From assembly GCA_965240325.2 (NCBI GenBank), contig OZ251223.1, positions 1,178,001 through 1,242,000 of the forward strand: a DNA stretch of 64,000 bases. The letters run 5' to 3'. Under the pieces are notes generated by a model, which saw only the letters and a program-made list of their open reading frames with translations, was not told where the DNA came from and made no database searches. How positions within the stretch are numbered: the first letter of the stretch is position 1; the number at the start of each line of letters is the position of its first letter. Of the stretch, positions 40,635 through 52,692 are shown piece after piece. The stretch is from Rebecca billardiae RCC1528 (lineage: Eukaryota > Protista > Haptophyta). A program made the translations under genes and the position numbers.

Positions 40635-43486
40635 TCAGCGGTCGAAGCCGTCCACGCGCCACTCCTCGATCTCGTGCAGCGCGTTCTCCACGGCCGCGTG
40701 CGCCTTGCCGATGCCCTTCTGAGCGGCGCGCACCGCCTGCGCCGCGGCGCGCGCGGGGCCGGGGGCGAGGGCGCAGGTCCGGGCGGCGGCACACGCTGTC
40801 AGCCGCGTCGGACACGGCGCGCGTGCTCGGCCTGCGCGCGCGGCGCGCCGAGCGCGCGCGCCCACCTTGAGCCCGTGCATGCCCACCAGCTTGTACACGG
40901 CGCGCAGCACCTCGACGGGCGCGTCCGCGCCGTCGTCGCCAAAGTGCGGCGCGCCCTTGTGCTCGTCGTGCATCTGGAGCAGCACGTCAGCGACTTCGAG
41001 CGCGGCGCCGAGCTGCGTGGGGACGGCGGCGTACAGCTCGAGCAGGGCGAGGGAGGACTGCGCGCGGCGCGGGCGCGCGATGCGCGCGGGCGCGCGTGAG
41101 CGCACGGCACAGAGGGGCCCCAGGCAGGGCCAGCCCTACTCTGCCCAGCTCCCCTCCGGCCTCGCGCCACGGGCGTGCGCGGCGCGCCGGCGCCGGCGCC
41201 GCGGCCGCACCGCAAGGTTGAGCTCGTGCAGCAGCGGCGGCACGTCGGACGCGCGTCGGACGTCGAGCGCGCGCAGCATCTCGTCCAGCTCGGCGATGCA
41301 CTTCTCGTACGCGCTCGTCGCCTCCGCCTTCGCGCGCAGCCGGCTCGCGGCGCGTGCGCGTACAAACCACTCCTGCACGTCCGGCGGGTCAGCATGGCCG
41401 CCATCTCCGCGCTTGGCGCGGTCGGCGAGCTCGCGCTCCTGCGGCGTGCGAGGCGCGTGCGAGGGCGCGGGGCGGGGCTGAGCCGAGAGCGCGGCCGCGC
41501 GTGCCACGCGCGCGCGCGCGACACGGGGCCGCGCCCGCTGCCGACTGCCGGCCGACTGCCGACACACTCGCGCGATCGATCACTCGCGCGATCGATCGCT
41601 CGCGCAGCGGTGCGGCGAGGCGCGCGCGCGGTGGGCGGTGCCAACCATCGCTCGAGCGGCGGCGCGGTGCGTACCTCGGCTTGCCAGTCGCTCAGCGCCT
41701 GCAGGTCGGAGTGCAGCGCGCTGATCAGCCTGTCGAGCCACTCGCGGCACACGCGCTTGCCGCCGCGCACGCGCGCCGCCGAGTCGGCGGGCTCGGCTCG
41801 GTGCGCGCCGCCGCCCGCGCCGCCCGCGCCGCCCGCCGATGCGCCGCTACCACCGCCGCAGCCGCCGCCCGCGTCCGCAGCCGCGCCGGCGGCGGCGCCG
41901 GCCGAGCACGCGGCCGCGGGCGCGCCGGCCGGCGCGCCGGCCGGCTCTGGCAGCGCGGCCGGCGCGAGCGCGTGCGCGCGCTCGCCGTCGTGCACGCCCG
42001 CGCCCGCCTCGGCCGCGCCCGCGCGCACCGCGCCCGCCTCCTCACCCCGCGCGACAAACACTGCGCGGCGCGCGCGCAGCAATTCCTCCCAGCCCAGCGC
42101 CTCGGCGGCCTCGGCGAGCACGTCGTACGCCTGCGCCTCGGCGGGGCCGAGGCGCTCGGCGGGGAGGACGAGCCCGCGCTCGATCAGCGCGATCGGCCCG
42201 CGCAGCTCGGCCGCGGGCTCGCCGTCGGACGGCGGCGCCGCCGCGGTCGCAGCGGCCACCGCCTTTGCGCGCGCCCGCGCCTTCGACGCAGTGAGCGGCG
42301 GCGTGGCGAGCGGCTCGCCGGTCGAGAGGCGCTCGGGCGCGGGCATGCCGGCGCACGGCGCGAGGGCGAGCGAGGGCGCCGGCGGCTGCGGCGTGTGCAC
42401 GTTCGCCCCGTTCAGCGCGGCGAGCATCAGCTCGGGCGCGCCGCACGCCAGGTAGCCACGGGCCAGCAGCAGCCATGGCCCGAGCTGAAGGGGCGCGAGC
42501 TGCACGGCGGCGGACGCGAGGGCGACGGCCTCGGCGCCCATGCCGGCCTCGAGGCAGAGCTCGGCCTGCGTGACGAGGAGCACCACCGCCGTCGGGTGCT
42601 CCGCCAGCGCGTCGTTCAGCTCGGCCAGCGCCGGCGCGAGCTCGCCGAGCGCGCGGCGCGCGCGCGCAAGATAGGCCGCGCACGCCGGCCGCGCGCGCAC
42701 GAGCGCGCCGAAAAAATCGGCCGCGTGCGCAAAGCGGTGGGACTGCTCGAAGAAGGACCACATGAGCGCGTCGAGCAGGTGGACGCGCGCGCAGCCCGGC
42801 GGCATCCCGCCCGCGCCGCGCGTCGCGCCCTCGCCGCCCTCCTCCGCCGCCGAGCCGCCGCCGAACGGCCCGTCCGCGTCGCCCTCGTCGTCGAGACGCG
42901 CGCCGCGCGTAACCAGCGCGCACACGTCTTCGAGAAAGGCGGGCTCGCGCTCGGGGCCGAGGGGCACGGGGAGCTGCTGCAGGCACTGGTCCTCGGGCGG
43001 CTCGCACAGCGCGCGCAGCAGCCCGCACACGCCGAGCTGCTGCCACGACTCCGCCGACGCGGGCACGCGCGCGCCGTGCGAGTCGACAGTGTACGCGGCC
43101 ACGCCTCCAGGGATCTTCACCTCGACGCGGAGGTCGCGCCGCGCGAAGGCGTCGTACGCGCAGTACACGCCGCCGACGATGCGCCACTCGCCGCCCGAGA
43201 GCCACGTCGACGGGCCCTGCCGCTGCGCCAGCTCCGAGAGGTACGCCGAGATGGACGCCGCCGAGGACGTGTCGAGGCCGACCACCGAATGGTAAAACCC
43301 CTTCCGTTGCTCGCCCTTGAGCGCGCGCAGGCCGAGGCCGAGGGAGGGCTCGAAGACCTTGGTCACGTAGCACAGGTCGGGCGGGCCCAGCCCGCTGAAG
43401 TGCGCCTGCGCCTCCGTCCGCGCCTCGAGCACCTCGCCCGCCGTCGCCTCGACGTACTCGGGCACGCCGTCGAGCGCTTCAGACAT
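40635..43486 (-). CDS. ChAPs family (Bch1/Bud7/Chs6-like exomer cargo adaptor) TPR protein; introns 41439-41674, 41058-41210, 40737-40865
   Basis: LGPPDLCYVTK, YHSVVGLDTSSAASISAY, GVYCAYDAFARRDLRVEVKIPGGV, KRVCREWLDRLISALHSDL (ChAP signatures); GT-AG introns restore the frame to the stop at 40635. Confidence 0.85.
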
Positions 43487-43844
43487 GGCGGCGCTCGCGC
43501 GCGCCCGGGCGGCCTCCTCGGCGGGGTCTGGGGAGCGGGAGGAGAGGACGGCGCCGATGAGCCCTCGACCAGCGGCGCGCGGCGCGGGAGCCCCGCGGCG
43601 CCGCCGAGCTTCGAGCCGCGACTCGCGACGCGCGCGTGCACGCGGTCGTCGTCCGCGGGCTTCGCAGCGCAGTCGAGTCGAGCGCGGCCTGCAGGGCCAG
43701 CGCTCGCCCCGCCCGCACACGAGATCCGGCTGCGACTTTGGCTCGAGTGCTTGTGGCGCTTTCGCGGTCCGGGGAGAAAGTCTGGGAGCGGGCGGCCGCA
43801 CGCCCGCACCGCAGCGCCGGAGCGCCCGCGCGCGCGGAACCAGG

Positions 43845-45167
43845 ATGCTCGTCTGGCTGCTCGCCACCGCGCCGATGCCCGGCGTGGTGCGGCTTCCGAA
43901 GCTCTCGTGGACGATGCCGGGCGCGGCGCCGCCGATGCGGTACGAGAACGACCGCGTGCTCGCGCGGATCCGCGAGATGGGCGCGCTGCCGCCGATCGAC
44001 CCCGCCGTGCGCGCCGTGGCGGACGAGCTGCTCGCGCGCGAGAACGACCACGCGCGCGTCGCGGCGGCGCTCGTGCTGCTCGGTGGCGCGGGCGCGGCGG
44101 ACGAGGCGCACAACCTGGTCACGCCGCTCTCCTGGCCGCACGCGACCCTCTTCGGTGGACCGGCCGTCGAGGGGAGCCCGGCAGACCGCGAGGCGACGTA
44201 CGTGCACGCGCTCGTGCACCGCATGGAGGCGGAGCACGTCGGCGAGTTCGGCACGGGGTGGCACAACTCGGCGTTCTGGTTCGCCTCGCTCGGCACGCAC
44301 TCGATCTTCCCCGCCGTGCGCCAGCTCGCGCTCGACGAGGTGCGGGGCACCCCCGGCCTCGAGTCGTGCCGGCTCGTGCAGCGCTGGGCGTCGGAGTCGC
44401 TCGGCGCGGCCGAGCACTGGGTGCCGCGCGAGTTCAACGGGCTGCTCGCGCAGGCGTTCGCCACGCCGGACGACACGCTGCGCGCATTCTGCGAGCGCGT
44501 CGCCACGGCCGAGCTCCGCCTCCTCCTCTCGCACTGCCTCCGCGAGGCGGGGATCGACGCGATCGACCCGGCGGCCGATGAGGCCAAGGCCGCGGGCGGC
44601 GGCGCGCATGCAGCGCACGACGCCAGCCCGCCGCCCGAGCTGTCCGCCGAGGCGGTCGAGGCCGGGCTGCTCGCCGCGCGCCGGCTCTCCGACGCGCACC
44701 TCGGCTCCTTCGCCAGCTCGGGCGTCGTCGTCGTGCGCGCGGCCGCGCCAGTCGATGCGGATCCGAGCGCGCGCGCAGCAGCGGCCGCGGCGCTCGCGGC
44801 GCGCGTCGCGGATGCGCCCTCGTGCTGGCGGGTGGGCGGGGGCGCGGGCGGCGCGCAGCCGCGCGTGGCGGTGGTGCTCGGCGCGTCCGCGGCCGAGGTG
44901 CCCGTCGTCCGCGGCGAGTGGAGCTGCGCGCTGCGCCCGGGCGACGCCGCCCTCGCCCTCGCCGCCGCGGCCGAGCCCAGCCTGGTCGCGCCGCCCGGCA
45001 TCGATGTCGCTCAGTTCGCCTTTGAGCCGCCCGCGCCGGGGGCTGCGCCCGTCTGGAGCGACCCGCTGCACGGCAAGCGCGGGCACACGCCGACGACGGT
45101 GATCGAGTGGTCCAAAGGGCCGCCGGCCGCGGGCGAGGTGCAGCCCCCGCCACCAGCGCGGCGTTGA
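43845..45167 (+). CDS. Conserved hypothetical protein
   Basis: Coding-like ORF; motif DEAHNL...YVHALVHRME...NSAFWF resembles an uncharacterised family I recall from bacteria. Confidence 0.6.
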   Translation: MLVWLLATAPMPGVVRLPKLSWTMPGAAPPMRYENDRVLARIREMGALPPIDPAVRAVADELLARENDHARVAAALVLLGGAGAADEAHNLVTPLSWPHATLFGGPAVEGSPADREATYVHALVHRMEAEHVGEFGTGWHNSAFWFASLGTHSIFPAVRQLALDEVRGTPGLESCRLVQRWASESLGAAEHWVPREFNGLLAQAFATPDDTLRAFCERVATAELRLLLSHCLREAGIDAIDPAADEAKAAGGGAHAAHDASPPPELSAEAVEAGLLAARRLSDAHLGSFASSGVVVVRAAAPVDADPSARAAAAAALAARVADAPSCWRVGGGAGGAQPRVAVVLGASAAEVPVVRGEWSCALRPGDAALALAAAAEPSLVAPPGIDVAQFAFEPPAPGAAPVWSDPLHGKRGHTPTTVIEWSKGPPAAGEVQPPPPARR

Positions 45168-45891
45168 CGGGGGGCGACAACCGCGCGACGAGAATCCGCG
45201 ACGATATATATGACCGCGTTCCGCGGTCCTCTTCCGTCAGAACCAACGTAGTTGGGGGCCCGCGGCGCAGCTGTGCTGTCACCCACGTTGAGCACACAAT
45301 ATACGCGCGCAGTATCCCGCCAAGGCTCGCAGTCGTCGGGTGAGGTGGCCGCGGCGGTGCGCGCGGCCGGCTGGGCCGCGTGGTGGGTGGTGCGAGCATT
45401 CAGGTGGGGGCAGCAGAGCTTCGCAGGATGCTGATCCGCAGCTGCCAGAGCGTGCGCACGGCGTCTACCCGGCAACTTGGCGGCCGCTCGCGTCTGAGCG
45501 CACAGCGCGCTCCAGCCGAGGCGCAGAGCACCGTGACTGCCATCGGGTGCCACGGTTGAACGCGTGGTCGGGCCACACGGGCTACTGGTGGGCGCGCAAG
45601 CGGTGCCTAGCTGGCCCGCGGCCTCGGTGGCGTCGCGCACCACGCCTCCCGGCCCGCACCATCCTTCGGTGCTCGCACCAGACTGGCTCGACAGGGGCAC
45701 CCGGGTGCGCACATGGGCCCCGGCGAGCCCGCGGCGAGGAAGTGACGGTCATCGCGTTGATCGTACTCAGTTCGGTCACAGTACAGTGATGTGCTGACAT
45801 GACCTTCGGACCGCCACCACTGGGCTGTCCCGACGCGCCCGTGCGCCACACGTAGTCATGCCGCTCTGCCCCGAAACAGGGACGTGACACC

Positions 45892-48800
45892 TCACGCCTC
45901 CGGACGCTGCCGGGCGGTGGCGTCTGCGCGCACCTCGGCAAGCAGCGTGCCGACCTTGCTGTCGCGCTCGAGGGCGGCCGCCTCCTCGAGCGCGCGGATG
46001 GCCTCGGGCGCGAGCTCGGTCGCCGCGGCGTCCGGCAGCGAGCGCACGAGCGCGCGCATCGCGCGCACGCCAGCGTTGCGCACTGCGACGAACTTGCCGT
46101 CTCCCAGCGCGTCCGCCGCCGTGCGCAGCGCGCGGCGCGCGGCGTCCGTCGCGCCGAGCGACGGCGGCAGCGCCGTGCCGGCGGGGTCGAGCGCGCCGTA
46201 CTGGACCCCGAGCAGCTCGAGCGCGCGCGTGCGCACATCCCAGTCTGAGAGAGCGCAGGCCTCCGCGCACGCGAGCGTGTGCGCGGCCGCGGCCTCGCGC
46301 TCCGCCGCGGCCGCCGCCGCCCACGCCTTCGCGAGCGCGCGCAGCGCGGCGGTGCGGAGCGGCGCCCGCTCCTTGAGCGCGGCGCGCGCGCCGCCGTCGG
46401 CGCCGCCCGTGCTGGCGCCGGCGGTCGCGCTCGCCGGCGCGCCGGCGGCCGCCGCCGCCTTGTCGGCGCGCGCTGAGCCCGTGCGCGCGGCGCGGCAGAG
46501 CAGCTCCGCGTGAGCGCTGAGCGCGCCCGCCTCCACCACCTCCGCCATCGCCTGTGCGCGCGCGGCGCGGTGGCAGGGCACGCAAAGGCACCCGGTGTGC
46601 GCGTGGTCAATCGGCGTGCGCGCGCGCAAGCGCGGCGGCACGGGCGCCGGCCGGCCGCGCGCCGGTCGGTGTGCGCGTCCAGTGCGGTGCGCACCACCGC
46701 GCGCGCGGGAAAGGGCACAGCTCGCACCTCGAGTGCAGCGGCGCCGTACTCGGCGTCGGGCGCGCGCGCCGCCTCGGCCGCGAGCGCGGCGCAGATGCGC
46801 GCTCGGCTCGGGAAGCTCGGCGCCGCCGCGCCCGAAGCCCGCTGCGCGCCATCCACGTCCATCGGAGCGGCCGACGGCGCGGCGGCAGGTGCGGCCGCCG
46901 GCCGGACTGATGCCGCCCCAGTCCGGTCGTCGGCGTGGAGGGCTCGCGCGAGCCGGCAGAGCGGCGGCAGCGTGGGGAAAAGCGCGTCGCGCCCCTGCCA
47001 CGGCCGCCCGGCCTCAAGCGCCTGCGCGAGCGCCGCGCGCGTGGTGTGCGACGGGCGGGCATGCGGGGTGGGCGGGGGCGCGCTGCGGGGCAGCAGTCGC
47101 GGGCGCGCGAGGGCGGCCGCGCAGCGGGCGGGCGCCGGCTGGAGAGCGGTGCGCGGAGCGCACCTCGACGACCCCGACGGCGAGCTGCGCGACCGCCCGC
47201 CCCCCGAGCGAGCGCTGCGCGCCGTCCTGCGCGCACAGCTCCGCGACGACGCACGCCGCCTGCCGCCGCACCGCCCAGGTGGGAGACCGGAGCGCGCCGA
47301 GCGCGGCGCCGGCGATCTCGTCGGCGTAGAGGCGCATCGCCGCGCCGGTCGAGGGCACCGCCTCGTCCCACGCGGCGCGCCACGCGCGCGCGACCGGCCC
47401 CGCCTCGCCCGAGCGCGCCTCCTCCTCCGAGCGCCCGCCCACGTCGTGCCTCGCGAGCGCGGCACATGCCACGAACAGACAGAGATTGCCGCGCGCGACG
47501 GCGGGCGCGACGCTGGCGATCTGGGCGAGGGCGACGCCGGCGACGAGCCGCGAGGGCTCGTCGGCGTGCGCGCCGTCGGCCGCGCCGCCCTCGAGGTACC
47601 GGCCGACGAGCGCGCTCACCACGCGCACGGCGACGCTGCCCTCGTCCGCCGCGGCCGCCGCGGCCGCGCTCGCCGCGCCTTCGGCCGACGGCGCGCGCGC
47701 GCCGCCGCGCGCGTCCGCGCACCGCACGACGTGCGCCAGCGCGTGTGCGAACGCGCGGCGCGCGGCGGCGGAGCGGTCGTCGAGCGCGCGTAGCAGCGCG
47801 CCCGTCAGCCGCGCCGCGTGCGCGCCCACCTCCGCCGGCAGCCGGCGGCAGAGCACCACGATGAAGCGCGCGCTGCCGACGCGCGTCGGCACGCCCACGC
47901 CCGACCGGAGCAGTTCGCACAGTCGCGGCACGAAAGTCGGGAGGGCCTCGGCCGTGAGCTGCGCGGCGCAGAGCTCGAGCACGTCGGCGGCGGGCCCGCC
48001 GGTGCTCGCGGCCGCGCGCATCGCGTCGAGCGCGTCCGCCGTGCGCTCGCCGCCCAGCCGCTCCGCGTGCAGCTGCGCGTACGACAGCGTGGGGTCCTCG
48101 AGCTCGGAGAGCGCGCGCAGCAGCGCCTCGGCGAGCGGCGCGGCGTGTTCGCGCAGGTGGTGGCCGGAGTGCTTGGCGAGGCGGAGGAGGAGCTTGAGCG
48201 AGGCGGAGCGGACCTCGTCCGCGCTCGCGGGGAGGCCCTTGTCGATCAGCATCGGCAGCGCCAGGCTGAGCACCTCGTCCGCCTGCTCCGCCGGCGCGCC
48301 CGCACCCTGGTCTGAGAGCCGCGCGAGCGTGCCGCCGAGCGCGCGCCACGCGCCCGCGCCCGCCTCGCGCACCGACGCCTTGATGTCGTCGAGCAGACGC
48401 ATCACGCGCTCGAGCAGCGCGGGGGCGTGCGGCCGGAGCTCGGCCCAGCGCCGGCCCTGCACGAGCTCCGCCACGCTCGCCGCCGCCGACTCGCGCGTGC
48501 GCCACAGCGAGTCGGTGAGCGCGCCGATCGTCGCGGCGGCGATCGCTCCCAAGTGCGCATCGAGCGCGGCGCGTGTGTCCGGCACAAGGGTGTCCCACAG
48601 AGCGCACATCGACGCGCGCACGGAGGCGTTCGGGTCGTGGCGGAAGCGGAAGAGCGGCGGGAGCAGCGCGGCCATGTGCGGGCCGAGCCGCTCCGCCGAG
48701 TGCGCGCCGAGCGCGTACGCCGCGCCGCGCCGGCTCGCCCACAGCGCCGACTGCGTCGACAGATCGAGCAGCGTATAGACTAGCTCTGGGCGGCCGGCGC

Positions 48801-51800
48801 CCGCGGCAACGTCCGCGAGCTCTTTATAGGTGGCGAAGGCGGAGCCCGCGCGGCCGGCGTTGGTGCGCTGGCCGAGCGAGAGCGAGCGCACGAGCTCGCG
48901 CACGACCGCGTCGCGCTGCGCCTCGCTCGCCGCGCACTCGTACAGCTCCGCCAGCCCCTTCGCGCCCACCTCATGCGCGTTGCTCGTGCCGTCGCCGAGC
49001 AGGGCGACAAGCGCGCCCTGCGCCTGGCGGAGAAACGGCTGCGCGGCCGGCCGCCGGCCGCACGCCTTGAGCAGCGCGAGGAGCCACGCGCCGCCCGCGG
49101 CGCGCTCGGCCGGGCTCCACGACTCCGGCAGCACGCACACCGCGTACGAGAGAACGTGCGCCAGCAGGCCGCCGCCCTCCGCGGGCGCGGCGGCGGGCGC
49201 GGCGGCGGGCGCTGCGACGGCGCCGCCGGCGGCGCCGCTCGCGAGCGCGCGCGCCGCGCGCTCGCGCTCCGCGTCGCGCTCGGCGCGCGCCGCCGCGCCG
49301 AGCCAGCGCAGCGCGGGCGCGCCGGGCGGCGGCGCCTGCGGCTCGGCCGCCGCGGCGAGCGCGAGCGCCTCGCCCACCGACAGCTGCAGCTCGAGCGAGT
49401 CGTGCACGCACAGCCGGACCAATCTCGAGAGCGCGAGATTGCGAATCTCGCCGTGAGGCTCGCCGCGCAGCAGCAAGCCCAGAGCGCCGAGGCACGCGTC
49501 GGCGAGCGCGGCGGCGGCGCCCTCGGCGGGGCGCGCCTTGGCGAGCAGGGCGCGCACGACGGCGCGCTTGCTCACGGGCTCGGTGCCCGCCACCGCCGCC
49601 GCCGCCGCCGGCGCGGCCGCGGCCGCGGCCATGGGCGCGCCGCCCTCCGAGCTCGAGGGCTTGTCGTCGTCGCCGTCGGCGCCGCCCTCGCCCTCGGGCA
49701 GCTGCAGCGGCCTCTCGGCACCGAGGAGGCCGAGGGCGGTGGCGGCGGCGACCGCGAGGGGCGAGTGCGCGTGCTCGAGGAGCGTGTGGCACGCCAGCGC
49801 GGCGCGCTCGAGCGGCAGCCCGGCGCACGCGTCGTCGTCGTCGGCGGCCGCGCCGCCCGCCGCCCCGCGAGCGTCCGCGCGGGCGCGCGTGGCGGGCGCG
49901 CGCCGGACTAACTCGCCCACACACAGGGCGGCAGCGCACGCGCGCGCGAGCTCTGGCGGGGGCAGGCTAGGCGGGCGGGCGCCGCGCGCGCTCGCCGCGC
50001 CCGCCGCCGCGCGCACGCCGCCGGCCACCGCCTCGATCACCTCGAGGCACTCGCCAAAGGCCGCGCTCACCGGCGCGCGCGGCGCGCCGTGCGCCGGCGC
50101 GGCCGCGGCCGCAGCACTCGGCGCGGCCGGCGCGGCCACCGCCGCGGCCGCGTGTTCGGCGCGCGCGAGCGCGTCGGCGAGCGCGCCGGGCAGCTGCGTC
50201 GGCGGGTGCGTGGCCTCGTGCGGCGCGACGGTGAGCAGCAGGCTCTGCAGCCAGCGCCGGCGCGGCTCGGCGGCGAAGAGCGCCGCGCCGCGCCCGCCGT
50301 GCGCCGCCGCGAGCGCTCGCACCTCGTTCGCCGACGCGGTCCGCACCTCCGCGGGCGCAGTGCGGTCGCTCAGCCTGGCCTCGAGGAAGCGGACGTAGGC
50401 GTGCACGGCGGAGGCCTCGCCGCGCTCGCGCGCGTCGCGGAGCAGCGACGGCTCCTCCGCGCCCGCGCCGCCCGCGCCGTCCGCGGGCTCGCGCCAGCCC
50501 GCGTCCGCGCCGAGCGCGCGCGACGCATAATCAATCCACGCCGCGTGCGCGTTGGGCGGCGCGCGCTCGAGCTCGGCGGCGCGCTCCGCGTGGCCAAGGC
50601 TGTACTCGACGAGCTCGGCGAAGGGTGCGTACGCGTAGTGCCCCTCCGCGCCGGCTGCCGCGGCGGGCGCCGCCGCCGCCGCGGCGGCAGCTGCCGCCTG
50701 CGCGCGCGCGCCCGGCGGTGGCGGCGGTGGCGGCCGCAGCGCCGAGCGCGCCACGGCGGCGGTCTCACTGTTGGAGTCGCCAGCCGCGAGCGCGCACAGC
50801 TGCACCGAAAATAGGCGTGGCGGCGGCAGCACGCGCACGGCCCAGTGCACGGCGCAGAAGCGCACGTGCTCCTCCGCCGCGCCGCGCGCCTGCGCGAGCA
50901 TCCCCTCGAGCTCCGCGTCGAAGCGGCCGGCGGCGGCAGCAGCCCCGCCGCCGCCGCCGCCGCCGCCCGCCGCGGACTGCGAGGCCGCGCGCGCGGGCGC
51001 GGTGTACGCTCCCGCCAGCTGAGCCAACGCCTCCTGTGCCGCCATGCGCGCGCCGAGCTCGCGCGTGGAGAGCGCGGCGAAGAGCGCGCGCGCGATCGAC
51101 GTGTCCGCCGCGAAGAGCGCGGGCACCCGCCGCGCGAGCTCCCCGAGCGCCGTGTACGTGAGCGCGATGCCTTCGCCCGCAACGACGAGCACGCCGCCAT
51201 TGGCTGAGCCCGCCTCGGCGGCGGCGGCTGCGGCGCCGCCGGCGCCGCCATCCGGGCCGCTCGCGGCGAGCGCGGGCGCGGGCGGCGCGCCGTCGTCGGC
51301 GCGCGCGCGCGCGATCGCGGCGTCGAGCGAGCGGCGGAGCGTGCCCAGCAGCCCCGGCGCCGCGCTGCCGATCGCCTCGTCGCTCGAGTGCTTAAAGATC
51401 CAAACAGCGAGCTGGATGGCTGCGGCGTGCCGGCGCGCGGCGCCCACGTTCGCGCCGTCCGCGGCGCGCGGCTCGGCGCACGCGCAGATGGCGGCGGCGA
51501 CGTCGGCGGGTGCGTTCGCGGCGGCGAGCGAGCGCGCGAGCAGGCCGAGCGCGCGCACCTGCACCGCCACGCTCGCGGGCAGCCGCAGCTCCGCCGCGTC
51601 TGCCACGCCCAGCTCGGCACTCAGCTCTCGCGCCTTAGCGCCGCGCGCGTCCGCCGTCGGCTGCGTCGCAATCTCGGGCGCGGCGCGGGCGGCCGCGGGC
51701 CCGTCGCCGACGACGAGGCGGCAGAGCGCGCGCACGAGCTCGCTCGAGTCCACCGGCGGCTCGAGCTTCCCCAGCCGCTTGAGCTCGCCCTCCGCATGCG

Positions 51801-52542
51801 TCGCCACGCGCTCGCTACCGTCGCCGGCGCACACGACGAGAGCAGGCAGCCAACACGACGGGGGCAGCAGCTCGCGCGAGAGCTTGAGGAGGGCGAGCTT
51901 GCGAGCGGGGAGCGCGGCGCTGTCTGCGGCCCCGCCCGCGAGCCGCGGCGCCAGCGCCGCGTGCACGCCGGCCGACAGGCCGGGCGCGGGCGGCGTGAGC
52001 GCCGGCGCGAACAGCAGCACGTCTTGCCAGTGCCGGAAGACGCACGCGCGGTCGGCCGCGAGCGCGGCGTCGGCGGTGGCGTCGGCATCGCGCGTAAAGT
52101 GGAAGCGCTCGCGCGGCTCGACGCTCACGTCCGCCGCGTACTGTGCGAAGATGTTCAGGGCCTGCATGCGCTGCGAGGCCGCGCGCGCGCTTGCGCGCAC
52201 GAGCAGCACCGGTGCGTGCGCCGAGCGCTCGGTGGCGTCCGCGCGCGCGAGGCCGAGGTCCAGGAACATGAGCGAGAAGTTCGCCTCGAAGGGCGTGCAT
52301 GCCGGGTCCGCGAATCGCTCGCCGAGCTTCTCGAGCGGCAGCTTGATGCCCGGCGCGTCCTTGACGCGCTTGAAAATGTGCGTGAGGATCTCGATCGCCT
52401 TTGCGCGCACGGGCGCATGCTCCGAGCCGAGGTACTTGATGATGTTGACGAGGCCGAGCGAGAGCAGCTTCTCGAGCTTCGCCTCCTCCGCGAGCCCAAG
52501 GCGCAGCTGCGCCTGCTCCAGCTTCTCGAGTGCGGCTTGCAT
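45892..52542 (-). CDS. ECM29: Proteasome adapter and scaffold ECM29 (HEAT repeats); introns 47022-47163, 46552-46727
   Basis: N-terminal LEKLE..QLRLGLA...VRAKAIEILTHIFKRVK...IKLP; TYKEL, WASRRGAAY, LFRFRHDPN, WRTRESA, DDIKASVR, GVPTRVG. Confidence 0.92.
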
Positions 52543-52692
52543 CGGGTCCGTCGCGCTTTGTGCGGCGTGGTGGCGGACGCGCGGCGCCGCGTCTGATCGC
52601 CGGCGGGAGGCTCCCCGTGCATGATTGTCCGGCAAAAAGGTGTCAGGCAGCTGACGAACTCCGGAGTCCGGACCCCGGATCCTCGATCCGGG

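Noticed and set aside
43487-45001. N-terminal 500 aa of the 1400-aa ORF as part of the ChAP protein
   Set aside because: It is antisense to the + strand gene at 43845-45167; ChAP homology starts at MSEALDGVPE.
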